Part shown: piece by piece, positions 17,002-27,720 of the stretch | Numbering within the stretch: the stretch's first letter is position 1 | Layout: each line of letters begins with the position of its first letter | Source of the DNA: Candidatus Methylomirabilis sp. | Lineage (GTDB): Bacteria; Methylomirabilota; Methylomirabilia; Methylomirabilales; Methylomirabilaceae | Assembly (NCBI GenBank): GCA_041498975.1 | Contig: JBGQJI010000016.1 | Location: 1-28,697 of the forward strand | Reading direction: 5' to 3' | Length of the DNA stretch: 28,697 nucleotides | Made by a program: the position numbers and the translations under genes | Notes under the pieces: generated by a model | Database searches by the model: none | What the model was told of the DNA's origin: nothing | The model's input: only the letters and a program-made list of their open reading frames with translations

Positions 17002-18186
17002 GCCTTTATCCACGAGCGCGGCAATCCCGGGCAGCTCCTTCCCTTCCAAAAACTCCAGGGAGGCGCCACCCCCCGTCGAGATGTGGGTCATTTTTTCCGC
17101 GACTCCGGCTTGAGCGACCGCGGCCACCGTGTCACCCCCCCCTATGACAGACTGGGCGCCGGAGGCCGCCACCGCCCTGGCAAGAGTGAACGTCCCCTCT
17201 CGGAAGGGAGCCATCTCAAAAACGCCCATCGGCCCGTTCCAGAGGATCGTCCTGGCCTGTCCGACTTCCCGGACGAACCGGCCGAGCGTCACGGGACCGA
17301 TGTCGAGCCCCATCCACCCGCTCGGGATCGCCCCCTCGACCCGCCTTGTGGGCGCGGCCGCATCAACCCGCTCGGCAATCACGTGGTCGGTGGGCAAATG
17401 AATGGCGACCTTCGAGCGCCCGGCCCGCTCCATTGCCTCTTTCGCGACCTCCAGCCGATCGACCTCCACCAGAGAGCTGCCGACATCCTGCCCCTGAACC
17501 TTCAAAAAGGTATACGCCATCCCTCCGCCGATCAGAAAGCTGTCCACCTTTGAGAGCAGGTTGGCCAGGACACCGATCTTGTCCGAGACCTTGGCCCCAC
17601 CCAGAATGGTCACGAAGGGCCGTTTCGGCGATTCGAGCAGCACCCCCAGGTGCTGGAGCTCCGTGCGCATGAGAAAGCCGCACGCCGCCTGCTTGACAAA
17701 CCTCGTTACGCCGACGGTGGACGCGTGAGCACGGTGAGCAGCCCCAAACGCGTCGTTGACAAACAGGTCACACAACTCCGCCAGTGCCCGGGCAAACGCC
17801 TGGTCGTTCTTCTCCTCCTCCGGGTGAAAGCGGCAGTTTTCCAGCATCAGCACCTGGCCCGAGGCCATCGCGTCGATCCGACCCTTAACCGCTGGGCCAA
17901 CGCAATCTTCCGCCATCTCCACCGGACGTTGCAGCAATGCTGAGAGGCGCACCGCCACCGGCCTGAGGCTCAATTTCGGGGAGGGGCCACCCTTGGGCCG
18001 GCCAAGATGAGAGATCAGAAGGACCTTCGCTCCATGCTCGACCGCGTAGTTGATCGTGGGGAGGGCAGCGCGGACGCGGGTGTCGTCGGTGATGGTCCCC
18101 TGCTCGTCGAGCGGGACATTGAAATCGACCCTGATGAGGAGCCGCTTCCCCTTCAGCTCCAGGTCATCGATACACAGCTTCGGCAT
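16999..18186 (-). CDS. pgk: Phosphoglycerate kinase
   Basis: [61 protein letters not shown]. Confidence 0.98.
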   Translation of the reverse strand: MPKLCIDDLELKGKRLLIRVDFNVPLDEQGTITDDTRVRAALPTINYAVEHGAKVLLISHLGRPKGGPSPKLSLRPVAVRLSALLQRPVEMAEDCVGPAVKGRIDAMASGQVLMLENCRFHPEEEKNDQAFARALAELCDLFVNDAFGAAHRAHASTVGVTRFVKQAACGFLMRTELQHLGVLLESPKRPFVTILGGAKVSDKIGVLANLLSKVDSFLIGGGMAYTFLKVQGQDVGSSLVEVDRLEVAKEAMERAGRSKVAIHLPTDHVIAERVDAAAPTRRVEGAIPSGWMGLDIGPVTLGRFVREVGQARTILWNGPMGVFEMAPFREGTFTLARAVAASGAQSVIGGGDTVAAVAQAGVAEKMTHISTGGGASLEFLEGKELPGIAALVDKG

Positions 18187-18240
18187 GGCCTCACCGTGCG
18201 AGGTGCGAGGTGCAAAGTGCGAGGTGCGGGCCTGATCGCG

Positions 18241-19311
<1,071 letters not shown>

Positions 19312-19413
19312 TCACCGGGGGCGAAAAGAAAAATCCGCCCGTCGTGAGCGCTCGACCGGGATTGTCGTAAGCCCGATCAACCGACTCCCCACAACGCAGC
19401 GAACCCTCGCTTT

Positions 19414-19442
19414 CTTATACGGCCTTTAGCTCAAAAAGTCAA
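19414..19442 (-). promoter_or_regulatory. Sigma70 promoter of the gap operon
   Basis: Minus strand TTGACT-17 bp-TATAAG about 170 nt upstream of gap. Confidence 0.6.
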
Positions 19443-19553
19443 TAGGGTTCACGGTTGACGGTTCACGGTTCAGAATCCAATGTGCAAAGTTCTAGGTTCA
19501 AAGTTCAGAAGTGGTAAGGTGAAGGTCAAACCCTTTGCCGTCCGAACTCTGAA

Positions 19554-19871
19554 CTATGAACGCTTTATTTTTCGAGCTGCACGAGCTCGTTCGACCAGAT
19601 AGTCCAGCAGCGGTTGGAATATCTCAGGAATGGACGCCTCATCCATCTCGACCTTTTTCACCCGAGTCCCATCCTCGATTGCCACCCGGTATTGGAACTG
19701 ATCGGGGCGTTGGGTTGTCGACTTCAGCGACGCGGGAAGATCGAAGAGGGCAGCGGAGACAATCAAACGACGGAGGCGCTCCGCTTCCTCGCGGGGGAGC
19801 ATCTCGGTGTCGAGTGTCGCCGTCAGGCGTATCCCCGCGACTCCCCCGCTCCGAGAAAACTCAACCTTCAC
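19554..19871 (-). CDS. Protealysin inhibitor emfourin-like protein
   Basis: FSRSGGVAGI...DQFQYRVAIEDG...LLDYL; directly downstream of an M4 protease. Confidence 0.88.
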   Translation of the reverse strand: MKVEFSRSGGVAGIRLTATLDTEMLPREEAERLRRLIVSAALFDLPASLKSTTQRPDQFQYRVAIEDGTRVKKVEMDEASIPEIFQPLLDYLVERARAARKIKRS

Positions 19872-19992
19872 TTTTCACCTCATGAAGAAAGGGTTTAGGG
19901 TGTAGGGTAAAGACCAAGAAAGGCCCGCTGACCCCTCGACCCCCTGCACCCTATACGCTATACCCTTTACCCTAGACCCTATCCCCTCTACC

Positions 19993-21066
19993 CTATGCCT
20001 TAAGCCCGACGGCGGCCCATCCTTCTCGGACCGCTTTCTGCTCGAGGCTTACGGCGCCGTACAACTCCTTGGCCGCTGCCATTGTCCACCGCGCAGCGCT
20101 TCTAAATGACGAGGTCGGTCGAAGCTTGTCTCTCAGCGTGACATACCAGATTTGTCCCGCCTTTGCCCAGGCATTGCCGCCCAGCCGAATCGACGTCTCA
20201 TAGAAGGCCCGGTTCGGGATGCCCGAATTGATGTGGACCCCGCCATTGTCGTCCTGGGTTCTTACATAGTCTTTCATGTGCCCCGGCTGTGGATCTTTCC
20301 CCAGGATGTCATCGTCATAGGCGCTGCCGGGCTCTTTCATGGAGCGGAGCGCTTTCCCTCTGACCCCCGGGGCGAAGAGCCCCTTCCCGATCAGCCAATC
20401 CGCCTGCTTCGCGGTTTGTCGCCGTTTGTACTGCTTGACCAGCGATCCAAACACATCCGAGAAGGATTCATTTAGCGCGCCCGATTGATCTTGATACTCC
20501 AAGCCAGCCTCGTACTCCGTCACTCCGTGTGTCAATTCATGGCCGATCACATCGACCGCGACGGTGAATCGATCGAACAGTTCGCCATCGCCATCCCCAT
20601 AGACCATCTGCTGGCCGTTCCAAAAGGCGTTATCATACTTGCGGCCATAATGGACGGTGGAGTCCAGACGCATTCCCCGCTCGTCGATCGAGTTCCGGCC
20701 ATACACGTTGAAGTACAGATCATACGTCGCTCCCGACCCATCATAGGCCTCGTTCACGGCCGGATCTTTAGTCTTGGGGTCGCCCTCTCCACGCACCAAC
20801 CGACCGGGCAGGGTCGAGCCATTTCTGGCATCATAAATCGTCCGACGTTTTGTGCCGGTGGCGGTCGTCCCCATCGCGGCGATGACGGAGAGCGCTTGGC
20901 GTTGACCCCGCATCTGCTCGGAGATGGTCAGCGTCTGCCAGGCCCACACTTGTTGTCTGGCGCTTCCTCGTTTCGCGATCTCCTTGAGCATGTGCGGCGG
21001 AACAATGCAGTAGATCGGGCAGAAGTTCGAAGAACCATTCGCGCCCCGCTCGCCTGGCATCAGCAT
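19993..21066 (-). CDS. Protealysin-like M4 family metallopeptidase
   Basis: Short propeptide CIVPPHML; NAFWNG, HELTH zinc motif, GALNESFSD, DNGGVHINSGIPN. Confidence 0.95.
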   Translation of the reverse strand: MLMPGERGANGSSNFCPIYCIVPPHMLKEIAKRGSARQQVWAWQTLTISEQMRGQRQALSVIAAMGTTATGTKRRTIYDARNGSTLPGRLVRGEGDPKTKDPAVNEAYDGSGATYDLYFNVYGRNSIDERGMRLDSTVHYGRKYDNAFWNGQQMVYGDGDGELFDRFTVAVDVIGHELTHGVTEYEAGLEYQDQSGALNESFSDVFGSLVKQYKRRQTAKQADWLIGKGLFAPGVRGKALRSMKEPGSAYDDDILGKDPQPGHMKDYVRTQDDNGGVHINSGIPNRAFYETSIRLGGNAWAKAGQIWYVTLRDKLRPTSSFRSAARWTMAAAKELYGAVSLEQKAVREGWAAVGLKA

Positions 21067-21285
21067 TTTTTGATCTCCTCTTCCCTGGATGACATTTGGA
21101 CTTCGAGGCCGGTAACCCCGCGGGCACTGTGACAGAGTTTAGACAGCCTCCTTCAGGAAGACAAGCAGAACCTCTTCGAACAGAATGTCTTTGTGCGAGT
21201 AGGGGCAGGAGACACTCCCGCAATCCCTCCAGCGGATGGGCAGAGGCTGGGAAGTGGCGCCCAGGCGCGGCCCAGCCGGGCTACC

Positions 21286-22485
21286 CTAGCGAGGTGGAGG
21301 GATTGGAGGATGGGAAGGGATCCCCGGCAGCGACAGCGGTTGGCGCCCGGCAGGTGGAGCAGGTGCCAAGCCTGGCCCGGCGGTAACGCGGATGTGTCTT
21401 GAGACGGCGGCCGAACGTCCGGTCGTACTCGTTGCCAATGCTCTCAGCTCCCATTCCCCTGGAGTCAGAGTTCCCGATGGCAACACCTCCCGGTAGGTGA
21501 ACGAAGGGGTGGGAAGACCTGTAGACCGTACGGGAATCGTCTTCACAGCCCGGTACGGTCCTGAGCCACCGCGCTGCCGTACCCCGATCTCGATCCGGTC
21601 CAGCCCGCAGCCGGGATCAGACGCCGGCCCGCTGACGGTGAGGGAATTCACCGTCGAGGCTTGCTGTCCATCACCTGGCTGATCCATCCCGATCGTCGGA
21701 GGAGCATCCCCATCTAAGGTGAAGGTGGTCCCCCTAGCGAGTCGGTTTCCTACCCAATCCTCTGCCTCGAAACCTGCGCTGATCACGCCGCTACGGGGGG
21801 GATCAGACAGCCCGACCGCAATCGTAAAGGTATGCCTCGGCTCCAGAGCTGTGAGCACGTGGGGCTGCCGCCCCAAAGGACCGAGGTCATGTGTGAGGCT
21901 CCTGATCCCAATGTCATCGGAGGCCGTCAGCCGCAGATCAATGCTCGTTCCGGGCCTGATGCAGGCTCCCGCAGACGGGGCGTGAATTTCGATTCCAGGC
22001 GGTCCGCAGTCAAGGAATACCTTCGTTGCGGGCTCAGGAGACGCAACATTACCCCTTTCACTCGGAGTCCCACCCCTGAATTCCGCCACGGCGCGCAGGT
22101 TATGCCTGCCACATGAGAAAAGATCCGCAGCGAGGCTTACTCGCTCGTTAACAGCAAGGAGGCGTACGTTGCCCGTTGTTGGCTGTCCGACAGTCACCCG
22201 GGGACCAATGGGAGAGGGGAATTCTCCGGGCCTCACCTGTTCGCCCACCCAGACCGCTTCAACATTCTCCGGCCTGAACAGGCGGTTCGAGCCATCGACA
22301 TTGATCCCCACCTCTAGGGTAGACCCCTGTCTAATGATATAGGCTTGCCCTCCCTCAGATGTTGGAACCGGACCCGTGGGGCGAAGAACGCGCAGAGATA
22401 CCGGAGATTGCGCCTCTACTAGAACGGCCGTACCAAGCATGGGTAGCGCCACCGCAACACTCACAAGATAACTATAAATCTTCAT
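21286..22485 (-). CDS. Secreted protein with bacterial Ig-like domains and Pro-rich tail
   Basis: GAAGGAGG RBS + MKIYSYLVSVAVALPMLGTAVLVEA signal; DxxPPxI..P, ASDDIGI, AEDWVGN, VSGPASDPGCGLDRIEI Ig-like motifs. Confidence 0.75.
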   Translation of the reverse strand: MKIYSYLVSVAVALPMLGTAVLVEAQSPVSLRVLRPTGPVPTSEGGQAYIIRQGSTLEVGINVDGSNRLFRPENVEAVWVGEQVRPGEFPSPIGPRVTVGQPTTGNVRLLAVNERVSLAADLFSCGRHNLRAVAEFRGGTPSERGNVASPEPATKVFLDCGPPGIEIHAPSAGACIRPGTSIDLRLTASDDIGIRSLTHDLGPLGRQPHVLTALEPRHTFTIAVGLSDPPRSGVISAGFEAEDWVGNRLARGTTFTLDGDAPPTIGMDQPGDGQQASTVNSLTVSGPASDPGCGLDRIEIGVRQRGGSGPYRAVKTIPVRSTGLPTPSFTYREVLPSGTLTPGEWELRALATSTTGRSAAVSRHIRVTAGPGLAPAPPAGRQPLSLPGIPSHPPIPPPR

Positions 22486-22930
22486 TGAGCCCTCCTTCAC
22501 GGGCCATCTTATCAACCCGGTCGTCTGGATCCGCTGAGACGGAAGCTTGGGACGATTACCGGCGCTCCTCCAGCCGAAAGGTTCGATCAATGTTGCTCGG
22601 CCACTTGGCGTCCTCCTGGGCGCTCATGCCGATGCAGTAGGTGTTGCCCTCCCGACTTTGTCCCCCTTCGGGAATTGCAGGGTATTCCCGAAGCCCGGCC
22701 AGGAAGCCATGACAGCACCAAGGATGAAGAAGTCGAGATCTCGTGGCTTAACCCAGCGGGGCGATTGCGTCCCAACTACCTGTCATTCACGGTGGGCGAA
22801 AACCGCTCCACCTCACTGCACAGGCGCCGCTATTCCTCTTGAAGCTTTCGTCTCCACCTCACGGGGCCAGACCGTTTATCATCCAGTCTTTCTCTCCCGC
22901 TTCCCATAACCGGCCGCGCGATACGTTCGG

Positions 22931-22967
22931 TCACCTGGTCTCTCGCTCGACCGGACGGGAGGGTTCA
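22931..22967 (-). promoter_or_regulatory. ECF-type promoter copy 1
   Basis: TGAACC-N16-CGAG-AGACCAGGTGA. Confidence 0.65.
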
Positions 22968-23026
22968 CGCGTAACCGGTTCGCGAAGCGGTGAGACGGGA
23001 AGGGGCGGCTGCCCGCCCCTCTCGAC

Positions 23027-23602
23027 CTACTTGGGCCAACTGGTATTGATCTGCTGCCCGGTCAGCTCCATCCGGTTGTTGTTCCGGTTACAGTCATCGT
23101 TCTTCGGATTCGCGTCGATGTAGATATCGGGGTCGTACGTAAGCTGCAGCACGTACTTTGGAGGGAACTCTGTAGCAGTGTTCCAGGCAGTTTCGTAATG
23201 GAGCATGATCGTGGCGCCGGGATCGAGGCGAGGGATGTCCTGCTTCGCCTTGACGCTTGCTGGTCCGCTCGCCGGCGTCTCATAAAGTTGGGCGCTGGCC
23301 TGTCGAGGGTCAGACTCAAACACCGCGTTCCCTACATTCTTCACGACACCCTCAATCCGGATCCGCCCCTGCGTCGTTGGCCACTTCGGGTCCTTGGCGA
23401 CAACCTTGTACTTCAGGCTGAAGGCTGCAGGATCCCGGCACTCCTTGACGACCGGCGGGATCGTCGGGCGTATTCCGGGAATCGTCGGCGTTGGGATTGG
23501 TTTTAGAATCGTCGGCCCCGGGCCTACCGGGCCCCCTGCCCATGTCAGGCTCCCAACGATCAACAGACCTATGCTTAAGGCGGCAATCCATCCACTCTTC
23601 AT
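23027..23602 (-). CDS. Secreted CARDB-like domain protein
   Basis: AAGGAGGAGG RBS, signal peptide MKSGWIAALSIGLLIVGSLTWA, Pro-rich linker, VKNVG...IPRLDPG...DDCNRNNN. Confidence 0.78.
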   Translation of the reverse strand: MKSGWIAALSIGLLIVGSLTWAGGPVGPGPTILKPIPTPTIPGIRPTIPPVVKECRDPAAFSLKYKVVAKDPKWPTTQGRIRIEGVVKNVGNAVFESDPRQASAQLYETPASGPASVKAKQDIPRLDPGATIMLHYETAWNTATEFPPKYVLQLTYDPDIYIDANPKNDDCNRNNNRMELTGQQINTSWPK

Positions 23603-23760
23603 GAACCTCCTCCTTCCTTTCGGGTTACCGAAGGTTGCTACAGCGTCCTCGTGTATGCAGGACCTTGAGTGGCCCGCGTTTCGGTGCATACCTGGCCTCG
23701 GTGTCTCGCGCCTGATCATCCCCCCTTTCGCGCTCCATTGATTCAACACCCACATCTCCC

Positions 23761-23797
23761 TCACCCTGTCCGTCGCGTCAAAACATGGAATGGTTCA
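23761..23797 (-). promoter_or_regulatory. ECF-type promoter copy 2
   Basis: TGAACC-N16-CGAC-GGACAGGGTGA. Confidence 0.75.
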
Positions 23798-24171
23798 CGA
23801 ATGTTTCAGCCCATCATGCTCTGCCCACGCTCGAACCTTCGCGTCTGAACTGTCCGCAGCCAGCTCCCCCGAATGGCTTGCCGAAAAAGTCCCCTCGCTG
23901 ATTCAGAGATCCTACCCCCTCCTACCGAACCCCCCGACCCAACAACTGGATTACCCGCGAAATTGAGGTCCTGGATTGGTGGTCACCGGCGCCACGGAAT
24001 CCGAATCCAATCGTTCAGGCGGCGGCCGGTGGCGTCATATAACTTGATGCCAGAACGCACCACTGGCGACATCCATCATCAGTTTCCACCTCTCGTGATC
24101 GACGGCGCTGAACCCCCAGCCCTTCGAGAGCCAATTCATCGCTGTCCTACCCCTGGGGTGAATTGCTCGCC

Positions 24172-24206
24172 GATCAGTTTGTCGCTCGATGGAGCCCCCA
24201 GGTTCA
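24172..24206 (-). promoter_or_regulatory. ECF-type promoter copy 3
   Basis: TGAACC-N16-CGAC-AAACTGATC. Confidence 0.6.
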
Positions 24207-24516
24207 TTATACCCTGGCGCCCGGCTCAGGCGATGTCATTTCATCAGAGGCAAGGAGAGTGGCCCCGGCTTCCACGGGCCTGATTTCGGCCAGTCGCGAG
24301 GAACACGCCACAGCGCTCCACCTGCTGAGGCAGCTTGAGGAGCTCAGCGTCCCGCTGTTCACTCTGCCCCTGCTCGAATCCGCCCCGTGTCGGCAGGCAT
24401 AGATGAGAGCGACCCATCCCCTGCCAGTCGCTTTTTCCAGGAACCAGATACGCCCGCAGTTTGGTCTTCCCAGCTTCCAGCCTCACAACCCGCGAGCGCG
24501 CCTCGGAACCGAGCGT

Positions 24517-25248
24517 TCATGGCTTGCCAAACACAAAGGTATTGTTGTTTTCGTTCGATTCGGCAACCTCTTTCTTGCAATCCGCCGTCAGGAGCAATCC
24601 CCCCGCTGGGTCCAGCCCCGATGGTTTCAATACAGCATCTACTGAGACAGATGAATAATGTTCAGAACCTGCAGCTATTGAGGGCACGGAAACCTCTACA
24701 GACTTACCTGCGCCACCGGAGTAGGATATGCATAAGTGAGAGGGCCCGGCATTCCCATTCCCCTTGTTGGCGATCGTGACCACCAAGAAGACAGGCCCGA
24801 CCTCCGCATCTTTGACCGCCAAATCCGGCTGCTTCGTCGAGCAGACCACCTTAAAGTTGGCTTTGCTCGATTCCATCTGGCGTGGCGACAGGATCTTAAT
24901 GGCTACCCATCCCGTGTACGTCGGTGGTACCTTTATGTCCCCTAGCGTCCAGGTGGTCGTCACACCTTGCGTCCCAGCGGCCGTAAAGGTCAGGGTTTTG
25001 GTGACTGTGTCTACCCCTCCATCGCTTCGGGCAAAGATATACTTGACAGTCCCTGGCCCGTTTGCGTCAATGTGTCCATTAAATGTGATTTTTGCCGGAC
25101 ACACACCGTCGTAGGCGGTGGGGGTTGCATTAAGGATTGCACCCGTCACCACGAATGGCGCCGCAAAGGATAGGGACACCATGGCCGCCACCAAGCTGAG
25201 CGCCACCGCCACTACGCTGCAACTCCTGATCGCTGGTTGCCACATCAT
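24517..25248 (-). CDS. Secreted two-domain protein (Ig-like + CARDB)
   Basis: GGAGGG RBS, signal peptide MMWQPAIRSCSVVAVALSLVAAMVSLSFA; QPDLAV...VTIANKGNGNAG...EVAESNENNN CARDB signature. Confidence 0.8.
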   Translation of the reverse strand: MMWQPAIRSCSVVAVALSLVAAMVSLSFAAPFVVTGAILNATPTAYDGVCPAKITFNGHIDANGPGTVKYIFARSDGGVDTVTKTLTFTAAGTQGVTTTWTLGDIKVPPTYTGWVAIKILSPRQMESSKANFKVVCSTKQPDLAVKDAEVGPVFLVVTIANKGNGNAGPSHLCISYSGGAGKSVEVSVPSIAAGSEHYSSVSVDAVLKPSGLDPAGGLLLTADCKKEVAESNENNNTFVFGKP

Positions 25249-25301
25249 CTTGCCCTCCATGCCTTGATCAAGTGTGCGTCTTATGTTGGATTGCTTCAGC
25301 C

Positions 25302-25338
25302 TCGCTCTGTACGTCGCCCACACGCCCGTCAAGGTTCA
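25302..25338 (-). promoter_or_regulatory. ECF-type promoter copy 4
   Basis: TGAACC-N16-CGAC-GTACAGAGCGA. Confidence 0.78.
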
Positions 25339-25624
25339 TCGACCCGAGAGATTCCCTCTCGATCCTCTTAGCGACGGGAGCACCTGGTGACACAGGATTC
25401 ATGGAACATCACTCTCTTGATGTCGCGCGGCGGCTGTCCGGCGACCGGTGAGCCGTCGCGAACGATGAGCCGGGCGTCGCCACCCTCGTGGCCCACCTAG
25501 AGCTCCTGCCGCCGCCACTGATCGTCCTGGAGGCCACCGGCGCTCGAAGTCCCCCTCACGGGCTCGCGGATCTCATAACTCGCTAAACCTCGCTGCGAGC
25601 CTCTAGAAAAAACCGGCCCGAGCA

Positions 25625-26032
25625 TCAGTAGCATGAAAAGCCGGTTTTTGCGGGACTACAATTGGTTGTTCCTTGTGGGAAATACCGCATCACAGGCCAC
25701 TTCAAACCATATATCGAATACTCACAGACGAGCGCTTTCCCGACAATGTGATCTAATCTTACGTTTACCAAGTTTCCTACTAGAGGTGTAGTCCACCAAG
25801 ATGCAGGGAGAGGGGTCGTGATTTCTACCCTGATCGACTCCAACGGACACTTGACAAACTGTTGAAAACCAGGCGGAATCTTATTCGGGATCGGGGGTAG
25901 CTTCTCGGGGATTTGGCGCGGTTGCTGCTCCATGATGCGAGGAGGGTCGGCGGCGTGAACCGGCGTGACGCCCAACATGGCCAAGGTCAAGGCCAGCATT
26001 ACGATCGTGACGAGCAGGCGACGTCCTCTCAT
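25625..26032 (-). CDS. Small secreted 4-Cys hypothetical protein
   Basis: TAGGAGGAG RBS, signal MRGRRLLVTIVMLALTLAMLGVTPVHA, Pro-rich linker, four Cys in the mature domain. Confidence 0.75.
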   Translation of the reverse strand: MRGRRLLVTIVMLALTLAMLGVTPVHAADPPRIMEQQPRQIPEKLPPIPNKIPPGFQQFVKCPLESIRVEITTPLPASWWTTPLVGNLVNVRLDHIVGKALVCEYSIYGLKWPVMRYFPQGTTNCSPAKTGFSCY

Positions 26033-26118
26033 CAGCGTACTCCTCCTAACGTATGAGACTGCGTTGATGAAGTGGATCCCTTCAGTCCAACTCAAGAGGG
26101 TTAGCAAGTCATCAGGCT

Positions 26119-26155
26119 TCACTCTGTATGTCGGCCGCACCTCCGTCAAGGTTCA
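26119..26155 (-). promoter_or_regulatory. ECF-type promoter copy 5
   Basis: TGAACC-N16-CGAC-ATACAGAGTGA. Confidence 0.78.
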
Positions 26156-26208
26156 CCGACCCGAAAAGGACTCCCGGTTACTTGACGAGGGATCGGCTCA
26201 GATTATTC

Positions 26209-26243
26209 ACCCTCACCCGAACCCTCCCTCAAGGGAGAGGGAA
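26209..26243. repeat. CCCTCACCC..CCCTC-GGGAGAGGG REP-like palindrome
   Basis: Same family as 10854-10888; not present at the equivalent position of the paralogous segment near 27640. Confidence 0.65.
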
Positions 26244-26279
26244 TCCGTCCCCCCCCCGCCTTTGGCCTCTCTCCCACGC

Positions 26280-26650
26280 CTACTGGGCGACCAGGTCCAC
26301 GAAGCGTATGATTCCAGCGTGCCCGCGAAGTGCGCGCAGGGCCTGCTCGGACGACTTCACGGAGCCGCCGTCAAGGGGCACGTCGATCAGGTAGAAGCCC
26401 GCCGTCGTGGGACCGTCCTCGATTATGGCTTTCATCTGACCCAAGGCGGCCCGGATCGCCAGCTCAGGCGCATCCTCCTTGAAGGCAACCAGAGGGCGGA
26501 TAAGGGGGCCAGAGAACTGCCCAGCGGTGGTCGTCTGGCCGGCGAGCGCCGACACTCGGTACACCCCCCTGACGGTCCTCTCCCTAGTAGACCCACTATG
26601 ACGGCGGGAGGAGCCGGAGTCACAAGTCGAGCGGGCACACCGAGGGCGAG
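26280..26650 (-). pseudogene. Truncated, frameshifted duplicate of the anti-sigma factor 3' half
   Basis: VAFKEDAPELAIRAALGQMKAIIEDGPTTAGFYLIDVPLDGG matches VAFKEEAVEKAIRAALGELRAIIVDGPSPAGFYLIDVPLDGG; the upstream AVIVGLLGRGPSG lies in another frame (1-nt deletion near 26550); zinc-finger half missing. Confidence 0.85.
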
Positions 26651-26766
26651 GGGCACGCTCGCCGCCATTTCCTGTCGTCAGCGTATCCCCATCGGGAACG
26701 TGTCGCGCCCTGCGAAAGGATCGTCACGCCCGGCATCGCCGTCGGCAGCGAGACTCGCGGGCGGTT

Positions 26767-27114
26767 CTACTGCTGGCACCAGTACGAGTCCACGTAGGAG
26801 GTCGCCCCCTTCTTGGCACCCTTGCACGGGAATTTATAGACGATGTTCGCGATGTCGCCGCGTTGGCTCTTGTAGAAACATTTGACGTACTCACCGTCGA
26901 TGCTTGAGCCGGTGATTTGCAGGGGTACTTGGTTGATGTTGACGAATGACGCGCTGCTGTCAACGCTGCTCTTCAGGTAGCTGTCAGTGAGTTGCACATC
27001 CACGGTCACCTGCTTGGCGCAACTCCGGGCCACGGCCGCCTGCGCTGTCACGAACCAGCACAAGAGACCGCACACCACGCTTACAACCGCCAAGATCGTC
27101 TTCAGGTTCTTCAT
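26767..27114 (-). CDS. Small secreted 4-Cys hypothetical protein
   Basis: GAAGGAGG RBS, signal MKNLKTILAVVSVVCGLLCWFVTAQA, four Cys in the mature domain. Confidence 0.78.
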   Translation of the reverse strand: MKNLKTILAVVSVVCGLLCWFVTAQAAVARSCAKQVTVDVQLTDSYLKSSVDSSASFVNINQVPLQITGSSIDGEYVKCFYKSQRGDIANIVYKFPCKGAKKGATSYVDSYWCQQ

Positions 27115-27134
27115 AACGGCCTCCTTCTCAAAAG

Positions 27135-27470
27135 TTTTGACGGTGTTGTTGTCGTTCGACTCCCTGACCTCTTTCTTGGTTCTGCGCATGTCAGTCCTTC
27201 ATTCCAAGACACTCGAAGTTCTCGCTCCACGCACTCGTGTTTGATGAGAATTTGGTGTGCAACTAAGGCAGTTCCACTTGCCTCAACCTGACATCACGGG
27301 TAGTCAGAGGAAGTGGTCGAGCATTACCCCAGAGGCCTCGTGGAGTTTGAAGACCACGGACATTGTTCCTGCCATCAAGCTGAGTGTTAGCGCCTCCATG
27401 CTGCAACTCTTGACCACCGATTCCAACACCGTCTTGCCCTCCATTCTCTGGATCAAGTGTGCGCCTACGC
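27135..27470 (-). pseudogene. Decayed, internally deleted paralog of the 24517-25248 CARDB gene
   Basis: MEGKTVLESVVKSCSMEALTLSLMAGTMSVVF (from 27444) versus MEGKMMWQPAIRSCSVVAVALSLVAAMVSLSF; KKEVRESNDNNT (about 27140-27177) versus KKEVAESNENNNT; shared leader GCACACTTGATC. Confidence 0.7.
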
Positions 27471-27556
27471 CCCCTTCCCTGGGCTCGGAACGATGTCAGG
27501 GTTGCACTCCCGGGGCCCCCCTCTCGGGCTGGAATGCATCAGCGACTTCCCTAACC

Positions 27557-27593
27557 TCACCCTGTCTGTCGCATGGACCCCCGTCAAGGTTCA
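27557..27593 (-). promoter_or_regulatory. ECF-type promoter copy 6
   Basis: TGAACC-N16-CGAC-AGACAGGGTGA. Confidence 0.78.
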
Positions 27594-27720
27594 CCGACCC
27601 TAGAAGAACCCACGCCTATTTCGACGAGCGAGGGTGCCAGATTATTCACCTTCCTCCTCCCAAAATGGTGCGCGGCCGACCTTCCCGGCAAGAGAGACAC
27701 GCTGGCCCACAGCTCCCTTC

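Noticed and set aside
22560..22586. Possible seventh ECF promoter (CGAACC)
   Set aside because: Mismatch in the -35 box and no CGAC at 16-bp spacing
22931..27600. Recurrent GGTTCAC motif read as a CRISPR, integron attC or att array
   Set aside because: Spacing is irregular (0.4-1.4 kb), only two short boxes at fixed 16-bp distance are conserved, there is no attC-like palindrome, and no cas or integrase gene is present; a promoter fits better
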